A DNA stretch of 50,423 bases, from contig CALDQY010000297.1 in the NCBI GenBank assembly GCA_937911445.1, positions 1 through 50,423 on the forward strand, given 5' to 3'. Source of the DNA: an uncultured Rhodobiaceae bacterium (GTDB lineage: Archaea > Thermoplasmatota > Poseidoniia > Poseidoniales > Poseidoniaceae). Below, one piece after another: positions 17,944 through 27,749 of the stretch. Positions within the stretch are counted from its first letter, which is position 1. Each line of letters begins with the position of its first letter. The notes beneath the pieces were generated by a model. It had not been told where the DNA came from and made no database searches. It saw only the letters and a program-made list of their open reading frames with translations. A program made the position numbers and the translations under genes.

Positions 17944-18008
17944 GGTTCTCAACTTCTCTTGATTTTGCTGACTCGTTCGACGAGTGTTGCCACAAAAGTG
18001 GCTTTCCG

Positions 18009-18052
18009 CCCCATCAAGGATTCAGGTCCTTGGTGGGGCTTTTTTCATTTTT
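18009..18052 (+). terminator. Intrinsic-terminator-like hairpin plus T-tract downstream of MC1
   Basis: 12-bp stem CCCCATCAAGGA (18009-18020) / TCCTTGGTGGGG (18027-18038) with one G-U pair and loop TTCAGG, followed by CTTTTTTCATTTTT. A second 6-bp hairpin ACTCGT-TCG-ACGAGT sits at 17971-17985. Confidence 0.6.
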
Positions 18053-18055
18053 GAG

Positions 18056-18511
18056 TCATTTTCCATTGAGTGAAGGTGGGCGCGAAGACCATATGGCCCA
18101 CGTTCCAGTTGCAGTTGCGATCAATCGGTCACCAACTTTGACCTCACCTGCGAGGTGGGCAACATGTTTGCCTCTTCGAACGACCCTTCCTTCAGCAACC
18201 AATCGTTCGCCTGGTCGAGCAGGTGCGAGAAAACTTGTCGATAACTGCGTTGTTGCACACCATTCCTCGACTTTCAAGGATGCAACCAATGCGCTACCCA
18301 ATGCTGAGTCCAGCAGGACCATGTGAATGCCTCCGTGTGCAACACCACCTTTGTTGAGATGCTCGTCTGCTAACGTCAGTTCCAATCGAGAGTGACCTGG
18401 TTTCCAAACGGTGCGTTCAATGCCGAGATCGGCCATGAATCCAGATGGGTCTGGCGGTGATGACAACGTCATAGTGCATTGGTAGAGCATCAACCCAATG
18501 AACCATACCAT
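18056..18511 (-). CDS. PaaI/hotdog-fold acyl-CoA thioesterase
   Basis: Pattern LELTLADEHLNKGGVAHGGIHMVLLDSALGSA ... GERLVAEGRVVRRGKHVAHLAGEV ... ATATGTW is typical of the PaaI family. The true start is probably an internal ATG (MTLSS...). Confidence 0.8.
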   Translation of the reverse strand: MVWFIGLMLYQCTMTLSSPPDPSGFMADLGIERTVWKPGHSRLELTLADEHLNKGGVAHGGIHMVLLDSALGSALVASLKVEEWCATTQLSTSFLAPARPGERLVAEGRVVRRGKHVAHLAGEVKVGDRLIATATGTWAIWSSRPPSLNGK

Positions 18512-18541
18512 TGATGTTGAAACAGTTACAAAAAACTATGA

Positions 18542-18805
18542 TTGATATATTTGGACCGAATTCTATCACATATGAGTCAGGACTCGGAAGCAGGAGAATT
18601 TATTGTTGAACCACAAGAATTGCTGGACGCTCTTCGCGTCGCACGGGCCCAATCCTACTGGCTCGATTCGAGTACAACGTATCGCCAGAGCATCATCTCC
18701 TGGATTGAGAAAACCAAGCGAAGAGGTGCCAAGATGAAGCGTATCGAATCGGTTGTTGATCACTGTGTGCGTGGAGAGCAGCTCCCAAATCATCGGTCCT
18801 CCTGA
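18542..18805 (+). CDS. YdeI/OmpD-associated (OmdA-like) family small protein
   Basis: PQELLDALRVARAQSYWLDSSTTYRQSIISWIEKTKRRGAKMKRIESVVDHCVRGE resembles the YdeI/OmdA C-terminal pattern. The track start is TTG, and the ATG at 18572 is the more likely start. Confidence 0.45.
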   Translation: MIYLDRILSHMSQDSEAGEFIVEPQELLDALRVARAQSYWLDSSTTYRQSIISWIEKTKRRGAKMKRIESVVDHCVRGEQLPNHRSS

Positions 18806-18932
18806 AGCGGTAGAGGATAAGTACTGCCTTCATGAGGCGTAGACATGTACCCTTCTTACACCCAGCGATATAGAGGGGCCCCTTTGCAAAATTCATTGCT
18901 TCCGTTGATTAAATAATTTCAGACTCTTAAAT

Positions 18933-19166
18933 TTATGAACGTATCAGTATCAGTACAAATACTGTAAACAGAAACATCACTCCACCTATTGTTATCATTG
19001 ATCCAACAATCAATTCTACGGGCGAGGGCACCAGGTAGCCACGGTCAGAGCTTGCCATTGTGTGATCTAGAACCAAACCAATGACAATAAGTACGACTGA
19101 AAAAATTAACATAAATTCTATCCAACCTTCTCCAGCAATATTGTCCTGCGAATCATTGGATTCCAT
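18933..19166 (-). CDS. Small (77 aa) two-TM membrane protein, unknown function
   Basis: ORF with two hydrophobic helices (WIEFMLIFSVVLIVIGLVL, VGSMITIGGVMFLFTVFVLILI). Locally low GC (30-35% in hand-counted 60-nt lines). Confidence 0.45.
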   Translation of the reverse strand: MESNDSQDNIAGEGWIEFMLIFSVVLIVIGLVLDHTMASSDRGYLVPSPVELIVGSMITIGGVMFLFTVFVLILIRS

Positions 19167-19284
19167 ACCTGTGGCTTACTGGGATTGTTAATTGTGTTTT
19201 CTCAGCAAATAGTCAAGTTGGACTCCTCTTTTATGTTGAGCGAATATTAATCAATCAACTAACTGGTTAGTTCAGATAAGTTGT

Positions 19285-19320
19285 AAGGGGTTATCCGAAA
19301 CCCCTTTACATTTTATTTTG
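19285..19320 (+). other. Hairpin AAGGGGT-(8 nt)-ACCCCTT followed by TACATTTTATTTTG (terminator-like or structured RNA element)
   Basis: Stem arms at 19285-19291 and 19300-19306. A related hairpin AAAGGG...CCCTTT lies at 19328-19364. A 16-nt near-palindrome AACTAACTGGTTAGTT lies at 19257-19272. All sit in a 250-nt non-coding gap. Confidence 0.4.
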
Positions 19321-19416
19321 CGATACGAAAGGGGTTCAGTGGGTCGATACAGGCACTACCCTTTACCAATGAGGAGTGGGAGTGGGGACCCTTTGAAAAT
19401 ACGGTGATGTTGATTG

Positions 19417-19623
19417 TCAAGAGAAATCTGCATTGGGAGTCCATTCTTCACCGGATGAAAAGGCGGTGCCTGAAAGCAACATGAGAAAGATGAATCCGAT
19501 GAATAAAATCAAAATCAACAGAATAGCCTTTTCTAAGATTTTCAATCCTCGATAAGGGTCTTCAGCATCCAGATCGGTATTTTGATCCATATCCTGCTTG
19601 GGAATATCTGTTCTGTTCATCAT
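19417..19623 (-). CDS. Small (68 aa) single-TM membrane protein, unknown function
   Basis: ORF with one hydrophobic helix (AILLILILFIGFIFLMLL). It overlaps the upstream gene's stop by 4 nt (19620-19623), which suggests co-translation. Confidence 0.4.
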   Translation of the reverse strand: MMNRTDIPKQDMDQNTDLDAEDPYRGLKILEKAILLILILFIGFIFLMLLSGTAFSSGEEWTPNADFS

Positions 19624-20168
19624 GCGGATACATCCTCTGATTTTTCTTTATTTTGCGTAACCTGAGTTTTGTAGATGCCTGTGAGTAAGGCGATTTCAGA
19701 GAGTTTTGTAGTGATACCTAGGTAGTCCTCGAGCACGTAGTGTAGGTCGTGGTTTGATACAAAATAACCGATGAACATCGTGATGGTTACTCCGCCGAGG
19801 GCGAGCCGAGAGATTTTTGTTTTCTTTTGATCCATCCAAGATGAAATCGACAGGAACAATATTGCCAGTACGCTGACTCCTCCTATAAGCAGAATTCTGT
19901 CGTTTATTCCGAGAAGAACATGAACCATGCCTGTGAAGACAGCAAAGGAAAAAACAGCAGGAGTAAACACGGAATTATCTGTGTAGAATTTACTCGCAAA
20001 AAGAGGAAATGCAAGTACTGCAGTTGCCATTGCAATTCCAAGAACTTGATAGTTTGCCAGCCCAGATGATGCTTCATCACCATGCGCTGATACGAAAGGT
20101 AGCAGAAACACTAGACTCGTAGCCATCACAAGGACCCGAGCTTGTCGCAAACCCAGCATCAGTATCAC
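19620..20168 (-). CDS. Polytopic membrane protein (about 5 TM), unknown function
   Basis: ORF with repeated hydrophobic helices. The track start is GTG at 20168, and there is an ATG at 20159. Confidence 0.55.
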   Translation of the reverse strand: MILMLGLRQARVLVMATSLVFLLPFVSAHGDEASSGLANYQVLGIAMATAVLAFPLFASKFYTDNSVFTPAVFSFAVFTGMVHVLLGINDRILLIGGVSVLAILFLSISSWMDQKKTKISRLALGGVTITMFIGYFVSNHDLHYVLEDYLGITTKLSEIALLTGIYKTQVTQNKEKSEDVSA

Positions 20169-20235
20169 TACTAACTTAATGGAAGTGCAATTATTAAATG
20201 TTGGCTAGGCCGTCTGTTTCAACAAAGAACATACA

Positions 20236-21006
20236 TCAATATCGAACTTTTTGTCGTGTGATGGTTCTCCAAATACGTTGCAATGGATCGTAGTATCGAT
20301 CGACAACACGTTCTTTCAACTGGATGATAGCATCATCGGTGATTTGGATTCCCGCAGGACAGACTTCAGTACAGCAACGTGTAATGTTGCAGTATTCGAT
20401 TCCGAATTCTTTCTTGATTTCAGGAATGCGATCTTCGGTATCGAGTGGATGCATTTCGTATTGTGCAAGACGTACAAGGTTTCGAGGCCCTGCAAATCCA
20501 TCGAACATCTCATGATCACGTAGAACGTGACAGGTGTTGACACAAAGGAAACACTCGATGCACTCACGGAAGTGCTGCACACGGTCGGCTTCCATTTGGT
20601 TGAATTCCCAATCCATGGTTTCTGGACCGTTAATTGGAGCAATGCGTTGAGCAACATCGTAGTTCCATGAAACATCCGTGACCAAGTCTTTGATGTGTGG
20701 GAAGGTCTTCATCGGGCGAATCTCGATTGGCTTGCCTTCTGGTGTTTCTGCAACAACATCGCTCATTCGAGTCATGCACATCAAGCGTGGACGACCGTTG
20801 ATTTCTGCTGAACAGGAACCACACTTACCAGCCTTACAGTTCCAACGAACGGCCATGTCTGGTTCTTGTTCGTGTTGAATACGATGCATACAATCGAGAA
20901 CGACCATCCCTTCATCGAGTGTGATTTCGTATTCCTCAAGATTGGTTTCTCCATCTTCTCCACGAGCGACTTTGAACGCCTGCTTTCTTCCTTTCAATGA
21001 CATCAC
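20236..21006 (-). CDS. sdhB: Succinate dehydrogenase/fumarate reductase iron-sulfur subunit
   Basis: Three Cys clusters: CKAGKCGSCSAEINGRPRLMC, CIECFLCVNTC and CNITRCCTEVCP. 4-nt overlap with sdhA. Confidence 0.9.
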   Translation of the reverse strand: MMSLKGRKQAFKVARGEDGETNLEEYEITLDEGMVVLDCMHRIQHEQEPDMAVRWNCKAGKCGSCSAEINGRPRLMCMTRMSDVVAETPEGKPIEIRPMKTFPHIKDLVTDVSWNYDVAQRIAPINGPETMDWEFNQMEADRVQHFRECIECFLCVNTCHVLRDHEMFDGFAGPRNLVRLAQYEMHPLDTEDRIPEIKKEFGIEYCNITRCCTEVCPAGIQITDDAIIQLKERVVDRYYDPLQRIWRTITRQKVRY

Positions 21007-22865
21007 TTGCCACCTCCTTGTTCCTTGGCACGCTCAGCAATCATGGCTTTGACCTCCTTGATTGCATCTTGAAGATCGTCTCGCATTTCTTCAACAGGTT
21101 CCTGTCGAATCTTGATTTCACCATCTTCCATCCAGATGATGTTAAGGGTCTTGCCCCAGTATTCATCCTCGGGTGTTGGCATATCTTCACGAGTGTGGCC
21201 TCCACGGCTTTCTTCTCGAGTAAGAGCAGCGAGTGCACAAGCACGAGAAACATCGGCCATGTTGATCAGATCGAGTGCTTGGTGCCATCCCGAGTTGTAG
21301 CGTCGACTTGTACCTGGGAAGGATTCCATTGCACGTTCTTTGAAGGCTGTGAGGTCATCCAATGCTTCCTCTAGTTCGTTCTTGGTCCGGATGATTCCAA
21401 CCTTGTGTTGCATCATTTCACGCATTTCATCGTAAATGAGCCCGGGGTTCTCGCCACCTTCTCGTGCAAGCGGTGCCATCATGTCTTCGATCGCCTTCAT
21501 CACTTGAGCATCATCGATGCCTGGTTGTGCGAGGTCAGTAGCTCGCTTTGCAGCATATTCACCAGCACGTTTTCCAAACGTAATCAAATCAGAGAGTGAG
21601 TTGCCACCAAGTCGGTTGGCCCCGTGAAGTCCAGATGCGGCTTCACCGCATGCGTAGAGACCAGGTACAGTTGTTTCTTGCGATTCAGCATCTACGCGAA
21701 TACCGCCCATGATGTAGTGCGCTGTCGGACCAACTTCCATAGCATCCTTGGTGATGTCAACACCAGCTAATTCCATGAATTGGTGGTACATCGATGGAAG
21801 TTTCTTCTTGATGGCTTCCTCACCACGGTGTGAGATGTCGAGGAAAGCTCCACCGTGAGGTGAGCCTCGACCAGCCTCAACTTCAGCCTTAATCGCCTTG
21901 GCAACAACGTCACGTGTCAAGAGTTCAGGAGGTCGTCGAACGGTTGCAAGTTTTCCACTCACGACTTCTTCGACCCATTGGTCGGCTTCTTCAATGGTCT
22001 CAGCGTGATCGCCTTGGAACATCTCAGGGACGTAGTTGAACATGAAGCGGTCGCCATCGCTGTTTGTCAATCGGCCCCCTTCACCACGAACACCCTCTGT
22101 AACGAGAATACCACGGACGGATGGAGGCCATACCATCCCAGTAGGATGGAATTGAACGAATTCCATGTCACGAAGTTCAGCACCTGCCCACAGAGCGAGA
22201 GCATGACCATCGCCTGTGTATTCCCAAGAACCGGAACAAACGCTCCAGCATCGTGTGCTACCGCCAGTTGCAAGAACAACCGACTTCGCAGAGAAAGCGT
22301 GGAAGTCACCATCGACGCGAGTGTAGGCAACACAGCCAGTGACACGGTCGCCTTCCTTCAGGAGATGACGAACGGTGTATTCCATGAAGATGTCAATGCC
22401 TTCGTGTATGCCTCGTTCTTGAAGTGTACGTATGATTTCGAGACCAGTAGCATCACCGACGTGAGCAAGACGTGGGAAGGTGTGACCACCGAAGTTGCGC
22501 TGATTGATCAGGAGTTTGGGTGTTCGATCGAAGACAGCACCCCATTGTTCGAGTTCTCGAACACGATCAGGTGCTTCCTTGGCATGGAATTCAGCCATGC
22601 GCCAGTCAGCAAGCCACTTGCTTCCCTTCATGGTATCATGGAAGTGAACCTTCCAACTGTCACGAGGATCAGCGTTTTGCAGAGCTGCAGCACAGCCACC
22701 TTCGGCCATGACGGTGTGTGCTTTGCCAAGGAGCGACTTGGTGATGATAGCGGTCTTAGCACCGCTGCGAGCGGCTTCGATCGCAGCACGTAGGCCAGCG
22801 CCACCAGCGCCGATAACAACAACATCGTATTCGTGTTTGGTGTATGTTTCACTCATCTTGTTCAC
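21003..22865 (-). CDS. sdhA: Succinate dehydrogenase/fumarate reductase flavoprotein subunit
   Basis: FAD-binding YDVVVIGAGGAGLRAAIEA, HTVMAEGG, FHPTG and the GLYACGEAA..GLHGANRLGGNSL motifs. Confidence 0.95.
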   Translation of the reverse strand: MNKMSETYTKHEYDVVVIGAGGAGLRAAIEAARSGAKTAIITKSLLGKAHTVMAEGGCAAALQNADPRDSWKVHFHDTMKGSKWLADWRMAEFHAKEAPDRVRELEQWGAVFDRTPKLLINQRNFGGHTFPRLAHVGDATGLEIIRTLQERGIHEGIDIFMEYTVRHLLKEGDRVTGCVAYTRVDGDFHAFSAKSVVLATGGSTRCWSVCSGSWEYTGDGHALALWAGAELRDMEFVQFHPTGMVWPPSVRGILVTEGVRGEGGRLTNSDGDRFMFNYVPEMFQGDHAETIEEADQWVEEVVSGKLATVRRPPELLTRDVVAKAIKAEVEAGRGSPHGGAFLDISHRGEEAIKKKLPSMYHQFMELAGVDITKDAMEVGPTAHYIMGGIRVDAESQETTVPGLYACGEAASGLHGANRLGGNSLSDLITFGKRAGEYAAKRATDLAQPGIDDAQVMKAIEDMMAPLAREGGENPGLIYDEMREMMQHKVGIIRTKNELEEALDDLTAFKERAMESFPGTSRRYNSGWHQALDLINMADVSRACALAALTREESRGGHTREDMPTPEDEYWGKTLNIIWMEDGEIKIRQEPVEEMRDDLQDAIKEVKAMIAERAKEQGGGK

Positions 22866-23671
22866 CCCACCAAAACAAAGGCCATGTCACTGATATGTCC
22901 TTCTGCGACGGCAATGGTCCATAGGTCGCCAAGGAAGACAAAGCCGAGACTTGTCCAGAACCAGAATCCATGTGAACGATTGAACACACTAATTCGCTTG
23001 AAGAGACGACCACGGAAAGCAGAGATTCCACTGACCCAGCGGTCCAAACTACCACCAGCAAGGTGGCGAAGCGCGTGACATGAGGTCACGTACATGGTCA
23101 AGAGGAACGCCTCAGTCGCCATGATGAACGTTCCAAAGGAGAAGCCCCACCCTGCATCGAAGTGCAGCGTGTGCGTTACATCCCACCATTTGATGACAAT
23201 GATGATCATAGCAGCGTACAGGAAGTAACGGTGAAGGTTGTTGAAGATGAACAAGCGCTTCTCGCCACCGTATCCGATTCTCTTGTTAATCTCAGGCTCA
23301 TCGACCCAGCAACCGGTTGGTGATTGGAAGAAGGTTCGGTAGTAAACACGTCGCATGTAGTAGCAGGTTCCACGGAATCCGAATGGAATCCATAGAACCA
23401 GAATAGCTGCGTTGACCCAACTTGGGTGGTCCCATTCGTTGAGTCCGAACAAACTCCATTCGAGGATATTCGGTGAGAAGATTGGAGAGACAACCGTCGA
23501 ACCTTCGAGTTTGTAGGAGATGCTTTCTGGAAACAGAATCAATCGCCATGCAGTGTAGACGAGGGCAGCGGTGAGAGCAACTCCCATCCAGAAGGGTTGT
23601 GCCCACCAATTGTCGATTCGATCGGTACGCCCAAGCCCGTTAATCACGGGGAGTTTGATGCCTTCTCCCAT
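22862..23671 (-). CDS. sdhC: Succinate dehydrogenase membrane anchor, single large cytochrome-b subunit (b558-like, about 5 TM)
   Basis: First gene of the sdh cluster, with a 4-nt overlap with sdhA. It is 269 aa, polytopic, and has conserved His in its TM helices. Assigned by position, topology and resemblance to the b558 family. Confidence 0.65.
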   Translation of the reverse strand: MGEGIKLPVINGLGRTDRIDNWWAQPFWMGVALTAALVYTAWRLILFPESISYKLEGSTVVSPIFSPNILEWSLFGLNEWDHPSWVNAAILVLWIPFGFRGTCYYMRRVYYRTFFQSPTGCWVDEPEINKRIGYGGEKRLFIFNNLHRYFLYAAMIIIVIKWWDVTHTLHFDAGWGFSFGTFIMATEAFLLTMYVTSCHALRHLAGGSLDRWVSGISAFRGRLFKRISVFNRSHGFWFWTSLGFVFLGDLWTIAVAEGHISDMAFVLVG

Positions 23672-23785
23672 AGGTTCACCCTTGCCCTCATCGGGGCTTA
23701 TTCCTACCCAACAACTAGGGGTCTTTGAGGTTGGCCCTTCGTCCCCTTGCAGCGTTTGAAAGAAAATAAAACGCGATTTGAACGA

Positions 23786-25441
23786 TTAGACCAATTCGTC
23801 CCATCGAACTTCTGCTTCAACCATCTCGATTTCGTCAACATCCATCTGAGCAAGTTGGAGTTTTCCAGAGAGTTCGTCGTTGACAGCATGCCAATAAGAA
23901 TACGCTTCAATGACCCAAATTCCAGATTCTCGAGTCCCATTACCGCTTCCCTTAACCCCACCGAATGGAAGATGAGCCTCTGCGCCGGTTGTGGAATTGT
24001 TAATTCCAGTCATTCCTGCTTTGATTCCGGTCTTGAAGCGGTACGCCTCGAGACGATCGTTGGTGTAGATGGCTGAAGACAATCCGTACGGGCTTGCGTT
24101 GGCCAAGTGAAGTCCGTGTTCAAAATTATCAGCTTTGACCAATGTGATGGCAGGGCCGAACATTTCCTCGTGGAAGCAACGCATCTCTTCGGTGACGCCT
24201 GCATAGACGTGGGGCCACATGAAGACGCCATCCTCAGGCGTACCCACAAATCCAGATGGTTTGTTATCGGAGGTGATTCTTCCTTCTCCGTAGAGTTTTG
24301 TTGCTCCATCCTGCTCGCACATTTGGATGACTTCGAGGAAGTCCTTTGCGTACTTTTCAGAGAGCATCGAGCCATACAGAACACCCTCATGTTCTAGGGA
24401 ATCCCCGATGCGCGTCGAGCGGACCTTGTCCATCAATTTCGCAACGAACTCGTCGTAAATGTCCTTGTGAATGATGAGGTTTCCAAGCGAAGTACAACGT
24501 TGACCAGCGGTTCCGAAACCTGCCCAATACGCTCCTTCAACAGCGTTCTCGAGGTTCGCAGATGGCATGATTACGAGTGGATTCTTTCCACCGAGTTCGA
24601 GTGAACAAGAGACGAGGTTTCGTCCACAAACTTCGCCAATCATCTTTCCAACAGCTGTTGAACCGGTAAAGGAAATCTTGTTGACACGGCCTTCATCGAC
24701 AGCATTGATGAGGTGTTGACCTGCACCGCTTCCCTTACCATGGACGAGATTGATGACGCCATCCGGTAGGCCCGATTGATGCATGATTCGGGCGAGTGCA
24801 AACGAAAGCAGTGGAGAATCTTGAGGCGACTTCCAGACGCAGGTGTTTCCGCACATGATGGCTGGAATCATCTTCCAGAACGGTACAGCGGATGGGAAGT
24901 TGCAAGCGTTGATGATTCCACAAACACCGAGCGGTCGTCGATAGGTGAACAACTCCTTGTCAGGTAGCTCAGAATTCACCGTTTGACCGTACAATCGTCG
25001 ACCTTCGGATTGGAAGAAGAGACAGGTGTCGATTGCTTCTTGAATTTCTCCTCCACATTCTTTCAATGTCTTCCCAATTTCTCGAGCTTGCAAGCGAACA
25101 AGATCGTCCTTGTGCTCCATCAACAATCGGCCCATGTTTCCAATGATTTGTCCACGGGTTGGTGCTGGTGTAGCAGACCATGCAGGGAACGCAGCGTGAG
25201 CTGCGTCAAGTGCAGCATCAACGTCTGCTTTTGTCGACAGAGGAAACGCTCCAAGAACGTCGTTCAGCAATGCAGGATTGCGTGATTCAAATGTTGCACC
25301 ATCGCTTGATTCAGCCAATTGGCCGTTGATGATGTTGAACCCTTTGACGCTCGGGCGATTCTTTGGATTGTTGGCTTCGAGGAACGTTAAACCTGCTTCA
25401 AGTACGTGGACCATGATGCAATCGAGTCCGATTCCCTCCAT
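23786..25441 (-). CDS. NAD(P)-dependent aldehyde dehydrogenase family protein
   Basis: ALDH motifs FTGSTAVGKMI, ELGGKNP, GQRCTS and EEMFGP. Alternative ATG at 25414. A T-rich run TTTTATTTTCTTT follows the stop. Confidence 0.9.
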   Translation of the reverse strand: MEGIGLDCIMVHVLEAGLTFLEANNPKNRPSVKGFNIINGQLAESSDGATFESRNPALLNDVLGAFPLSTKADVDAALDAAHAAFPAWSATPAPTRGQIIGNMGRLLMEHKDDLVRLQAREIGKTLKECGGEIQEAIDTCLFFQSEGRRLYGQTVNSELPDKELFTYRRPLGVCGIINACNFPSAVPFWKMIPAIMCGNTCVWKSPQDSPLLSFALARIMHQSGLPDGVINLVHGKGSGAGQHLINAVDEGRVNKISFTGSTAVGKMIGEVCGRNLVSCSLELGGKNPLVIMPSANLENAVEGAYWAGFGTAGQRCTSLGNLIIHKDIYDEFVAKLMDKVRSTRIGDSLEHEGVLYGSMLSEKYAKDFLEVIQMCEQDGATKLYGEGRITSDNKPSGFVGTPEDGVFMWPHVYAGVTEEMRCFHEEMFGPAITLVKADNFEHGLHLANASPYGLSSAIYTNDRLEAYRFKTGIKAGMTGINNSTTGAEAHLPFGGVKGSGNGTRESGIWVIEAYSYWHAVNDELSGKLQLAQMDVDEIEMVEAEVRWDELV

Positions 25442-25523
25442 GAAGGCTGCGATTCAATCGCATGACAATTCATCGGGATTTTCGTAACTCATGGTTTTAG
25501 TACTCTCGGGACTTGGAAGAGGT

Positions 25524-27749
25524 ATGTCCGGCGAAGAAAACGAAGTATCCTTACGTGTTGCAAAAGCCATCCCATCTGATGTAGGCCATGGTCGAGCCCG
25601 AATTTCCGGTGAGCATGGTCTTGACCTCAAGCCAGGCGATATTGTCGAAATCAAAGGTGAGAAGCGCTCAACAGCAGCCATTTACTGGCGAAGCCGCCCT
25701 GAAGATTCCAAAATGGACATTGTCCGGATTGACGGCATCATTCGAAAGAATGCAGGTGTGAGTCTGGGCGATCGTGTCACAATTGCAAAGGCTGAGGCAA
25801 AGGAGTGCACCAAACTGACACTCTCTCCAGTCATGGCCAACAAGCAGAAAGTCAAGTTTGGTCCCGGCATCGAAGGCTTTGCTCGTCGAGGTCTCTCCAA
25901 GCGCCCAGTCATGGCCGGAGACCGTATCTTCATTCCAGGCATGACGCTGTTTGCTGAAGCGTTGCCGTTCGCTGTGGTTCAAACAACGCCCAAAGGGATT
26001 GTCAAGGTCACGAGCGATACGGACATCATCATCAAGGACGAAGCGATTGACGACGAAGACATTGGTCAATCGGAAGGAATCACCTACGAGGACGTTGGTG
26101 GCATTGGTCAGCAACTGCAAAAGGTTCGCGAAATGATTGAACTGCCACTGAAGCATCCAGAACTGTTCCGACGCTTGGGTATTGATCCGCCAAAAGGAGT
26201 TCTTCTCCATGGGCCACCAGGTACAGGAAAAACCATGATTGCTAAGGCGGTTGCAACCGAGGTCAACGCACACTTCAAGGCCATCAACGGCCCTGAAATC
26301 ATCTCCAAGTACTACGGAGAGTCCGAGAAACAACTCCGTGAAATCTTCGATGAAGCCAGCGAAAAGGCCCCTGCTATCATTTTCATTGACGAAATTGATT
26401 CAATCTGTCCGAAGCGAGAAGACGTCAGTGGCGAAGTCGAGCGACGTGTTGTTGCTCAAATGTTGACACTGCTCGATGGAATGCAAGGAAGGGACAACGT
26501 CGTTGTTATCGGTGCAACCAACCGTCGAGATGCACTCGACCCGGCACTGCGACGTGGTGGCCGTTTCGATCGAGAAATCGAGATTGGTGTCCCAGACCGT
26601 GAGGGTCGAAAGGAAATCATGGAAGTGCACACACGTCAGATGCCAATTGCGGACGACTTTGAAGTCAATTGGGTGCTTGACAACACGTACGGATTTGTTG
26701 GAGCTGACCTTGCCGCACTGGTCCGAGAAGCTGCCATGAAGGCACTTCGACGATACTTGCCAGAAATCGACCTCGATGAGGAGACCATCCCTCCTGAAGT
26801 CCTCGAGAAAATGGAAGTCAGGATGACCGATTTCCGTGACGCAATCAAGGACGTTGAGCCATCTGCTTTGCGTGAAATCTACGTCGAAGTTCCGGAAATT
26901 GCTTGGGACGAAGTCGGTGGACTTGACGAAGTCAAAGACCGACTCAAGGAATCGGTCGAGTGGCCGCTTACCAAGCCTGAGATTTTCGAGCACTTCAACA
27001 TCAAACCGCCACGAGGCATTGTTCTGTTCGGAGCACCTGGTACTGGTAAGACGCTCCTTGCCAAGGCCATTGCCAACGAAGCGCAAGCCAACTTCATCTC
27101 CATCAAGGGTCCAGAGATGATTTCCAAGTGGGTCGGTGAATCGGAGCGTGGTATTCGAGAGATTTTCAAGAAGGCCAAGCAATCCTCACCATCCATCATC
27201 TTCCTTGATGAGTTTGAGTCCATTGCAAGTATGCGAAACGCATCCAGCGGCGAGGGAAGTGACGTCGGCAACCGTGTTGTCAACCAACTTCTCGCCAGCA
27301 TGGATGGTGTAGAATCGCTCGACGGCGTCATCGTTGTTGCTGCAACCAATCGTCCAGAGATGATCGACCCTGCTCTGTTGCGCAGCGGCCGATTTGAGCG
27401 TGTTCTGCACGTGCCTCCGCCAGATGCTGCTGCTCGAGAGGCGATTTTCGACATCCACTCAACTGGCATGCCTCTTTCCAAATTCTCGTTGAAGGATCTC
27501 CTTTCCAGCATGGACGGATTTACCGGTGCGGACATCGAAGCAGTGTGTCGAGAGGCCGCCCTTATCGCTATGCGAGAAGACAAGAAGAAGGTCGCTAAGA
27601 AACACTTCGACGAGGCCATCACGCGAGTTCGTCCGACGGTGACGCCGGAGATGTTGGAGTACTACCAGAAGATGGAAACCCGATTAACATCGGGACTCTC
27701 CAACATCAAGCGAACACGTGATTACGGATTCGGCATGGAAACGATGTGA
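25524..27749 (+). CDS. cdc48: AAA+ ATPase Cdc48/VAT (CDC48 N-domain plus two AAA modules)
   Basis: N-domain [18 protein letters not shown]...[17 protein letters not shown]. Walker A motifs GPPGTGKT (D1) and GAPGTGKT (D2), with Walker B motifs IIFIDEID and IIFLDEFE. An upstream in-frame ATG at 25491 is the track start. The C-terminus is ...[10 protein letters not shown]. Confidence 0.95.
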   Translation: MSGEENEVSLRVAKAIPSDVGHGRARISGEHGLDLKPGDIVEIKGEKRSTAAIYWRSRPEDSKMDIVRIDGIIRKNAGVSLGDRVTIAKAEAKECTKLTLSPVMANKQKVKFGPGIEGFARRGLSKRPVMAGDRIFIPGMTLFAEALPFAVVQTTPKGIVKVTSDTDIIIKDEAIDDEDIGQSEGITYEDVGGIGQQLQKVREMIELPLKHPELFRRLGIDPPKGVLLHGPPGTGKTMIAKAVATEVNAHFKAINGPEIISKYYGESEKQLREIFDEASEKAPAIIFIDEIDSICPKREDVSGEVERRVVAQMLTLLDGMQGRDNVVVIGATNRRDALDPALRRGGRFDREIEIGVPDREGRKEIMEVHTRQMPIADDFEVNWVLDNTYGFVGADLAALVREAAMKALRRYLPEIDLDEETIPPEVLEKMEVRMTDFRDAIKDVEPSALREIYVEVPEIAWDEVGGLDEVKDRLKESVEWPLTKPEIFEHFNIKPPRGIVLFGAPGTGKTLLAKAIANEAQANFISIKGPEMISKWVGESERGIREIFKKAKQSSPSIIFLDEFESIASMRNASSGEGSDVGNRVVNQLLASMDGVESLDGVIVVAATNRPEMIDPALLRSGRFERVLHVPPPDAAAREAIFDIHSTGMPLSKFSLKDLLSSMDGFTGADIEAVCREAALIAMREDKKKVAKKHFDEAITRVRPTVTPEMLEYYQKMETRLTSGLSNIKRTRDYGFGMETM

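Noticed and set aside
21978-22793. 271-aa plus-strand ORF opposite sdhA. Similar cases are 37803..38489 opposite pyrB, 47739..48356 opposite pyrG, 34291..35931 opposite the coiled-coil gene, 29071..29703 opposite the DUF4350-like gene and 15007..15489 opposite the giant surface gene.
   Set aside because: All are embedded antisense in genes with strong family signatures or coherent domain structure, and none has a motif of its own. I treated them as shadow ORFs.
25668-27622. Three long antisense ORFs (221, 260 and 247 aa) opposite cdc48
   Set aside because: They lie entirely inside a gene with unmistakable Cdc48 motifs. Their products are low-complexity and R/S/L-rich. Long open antisense frames are expected from the codon bias of highly conserved genes.
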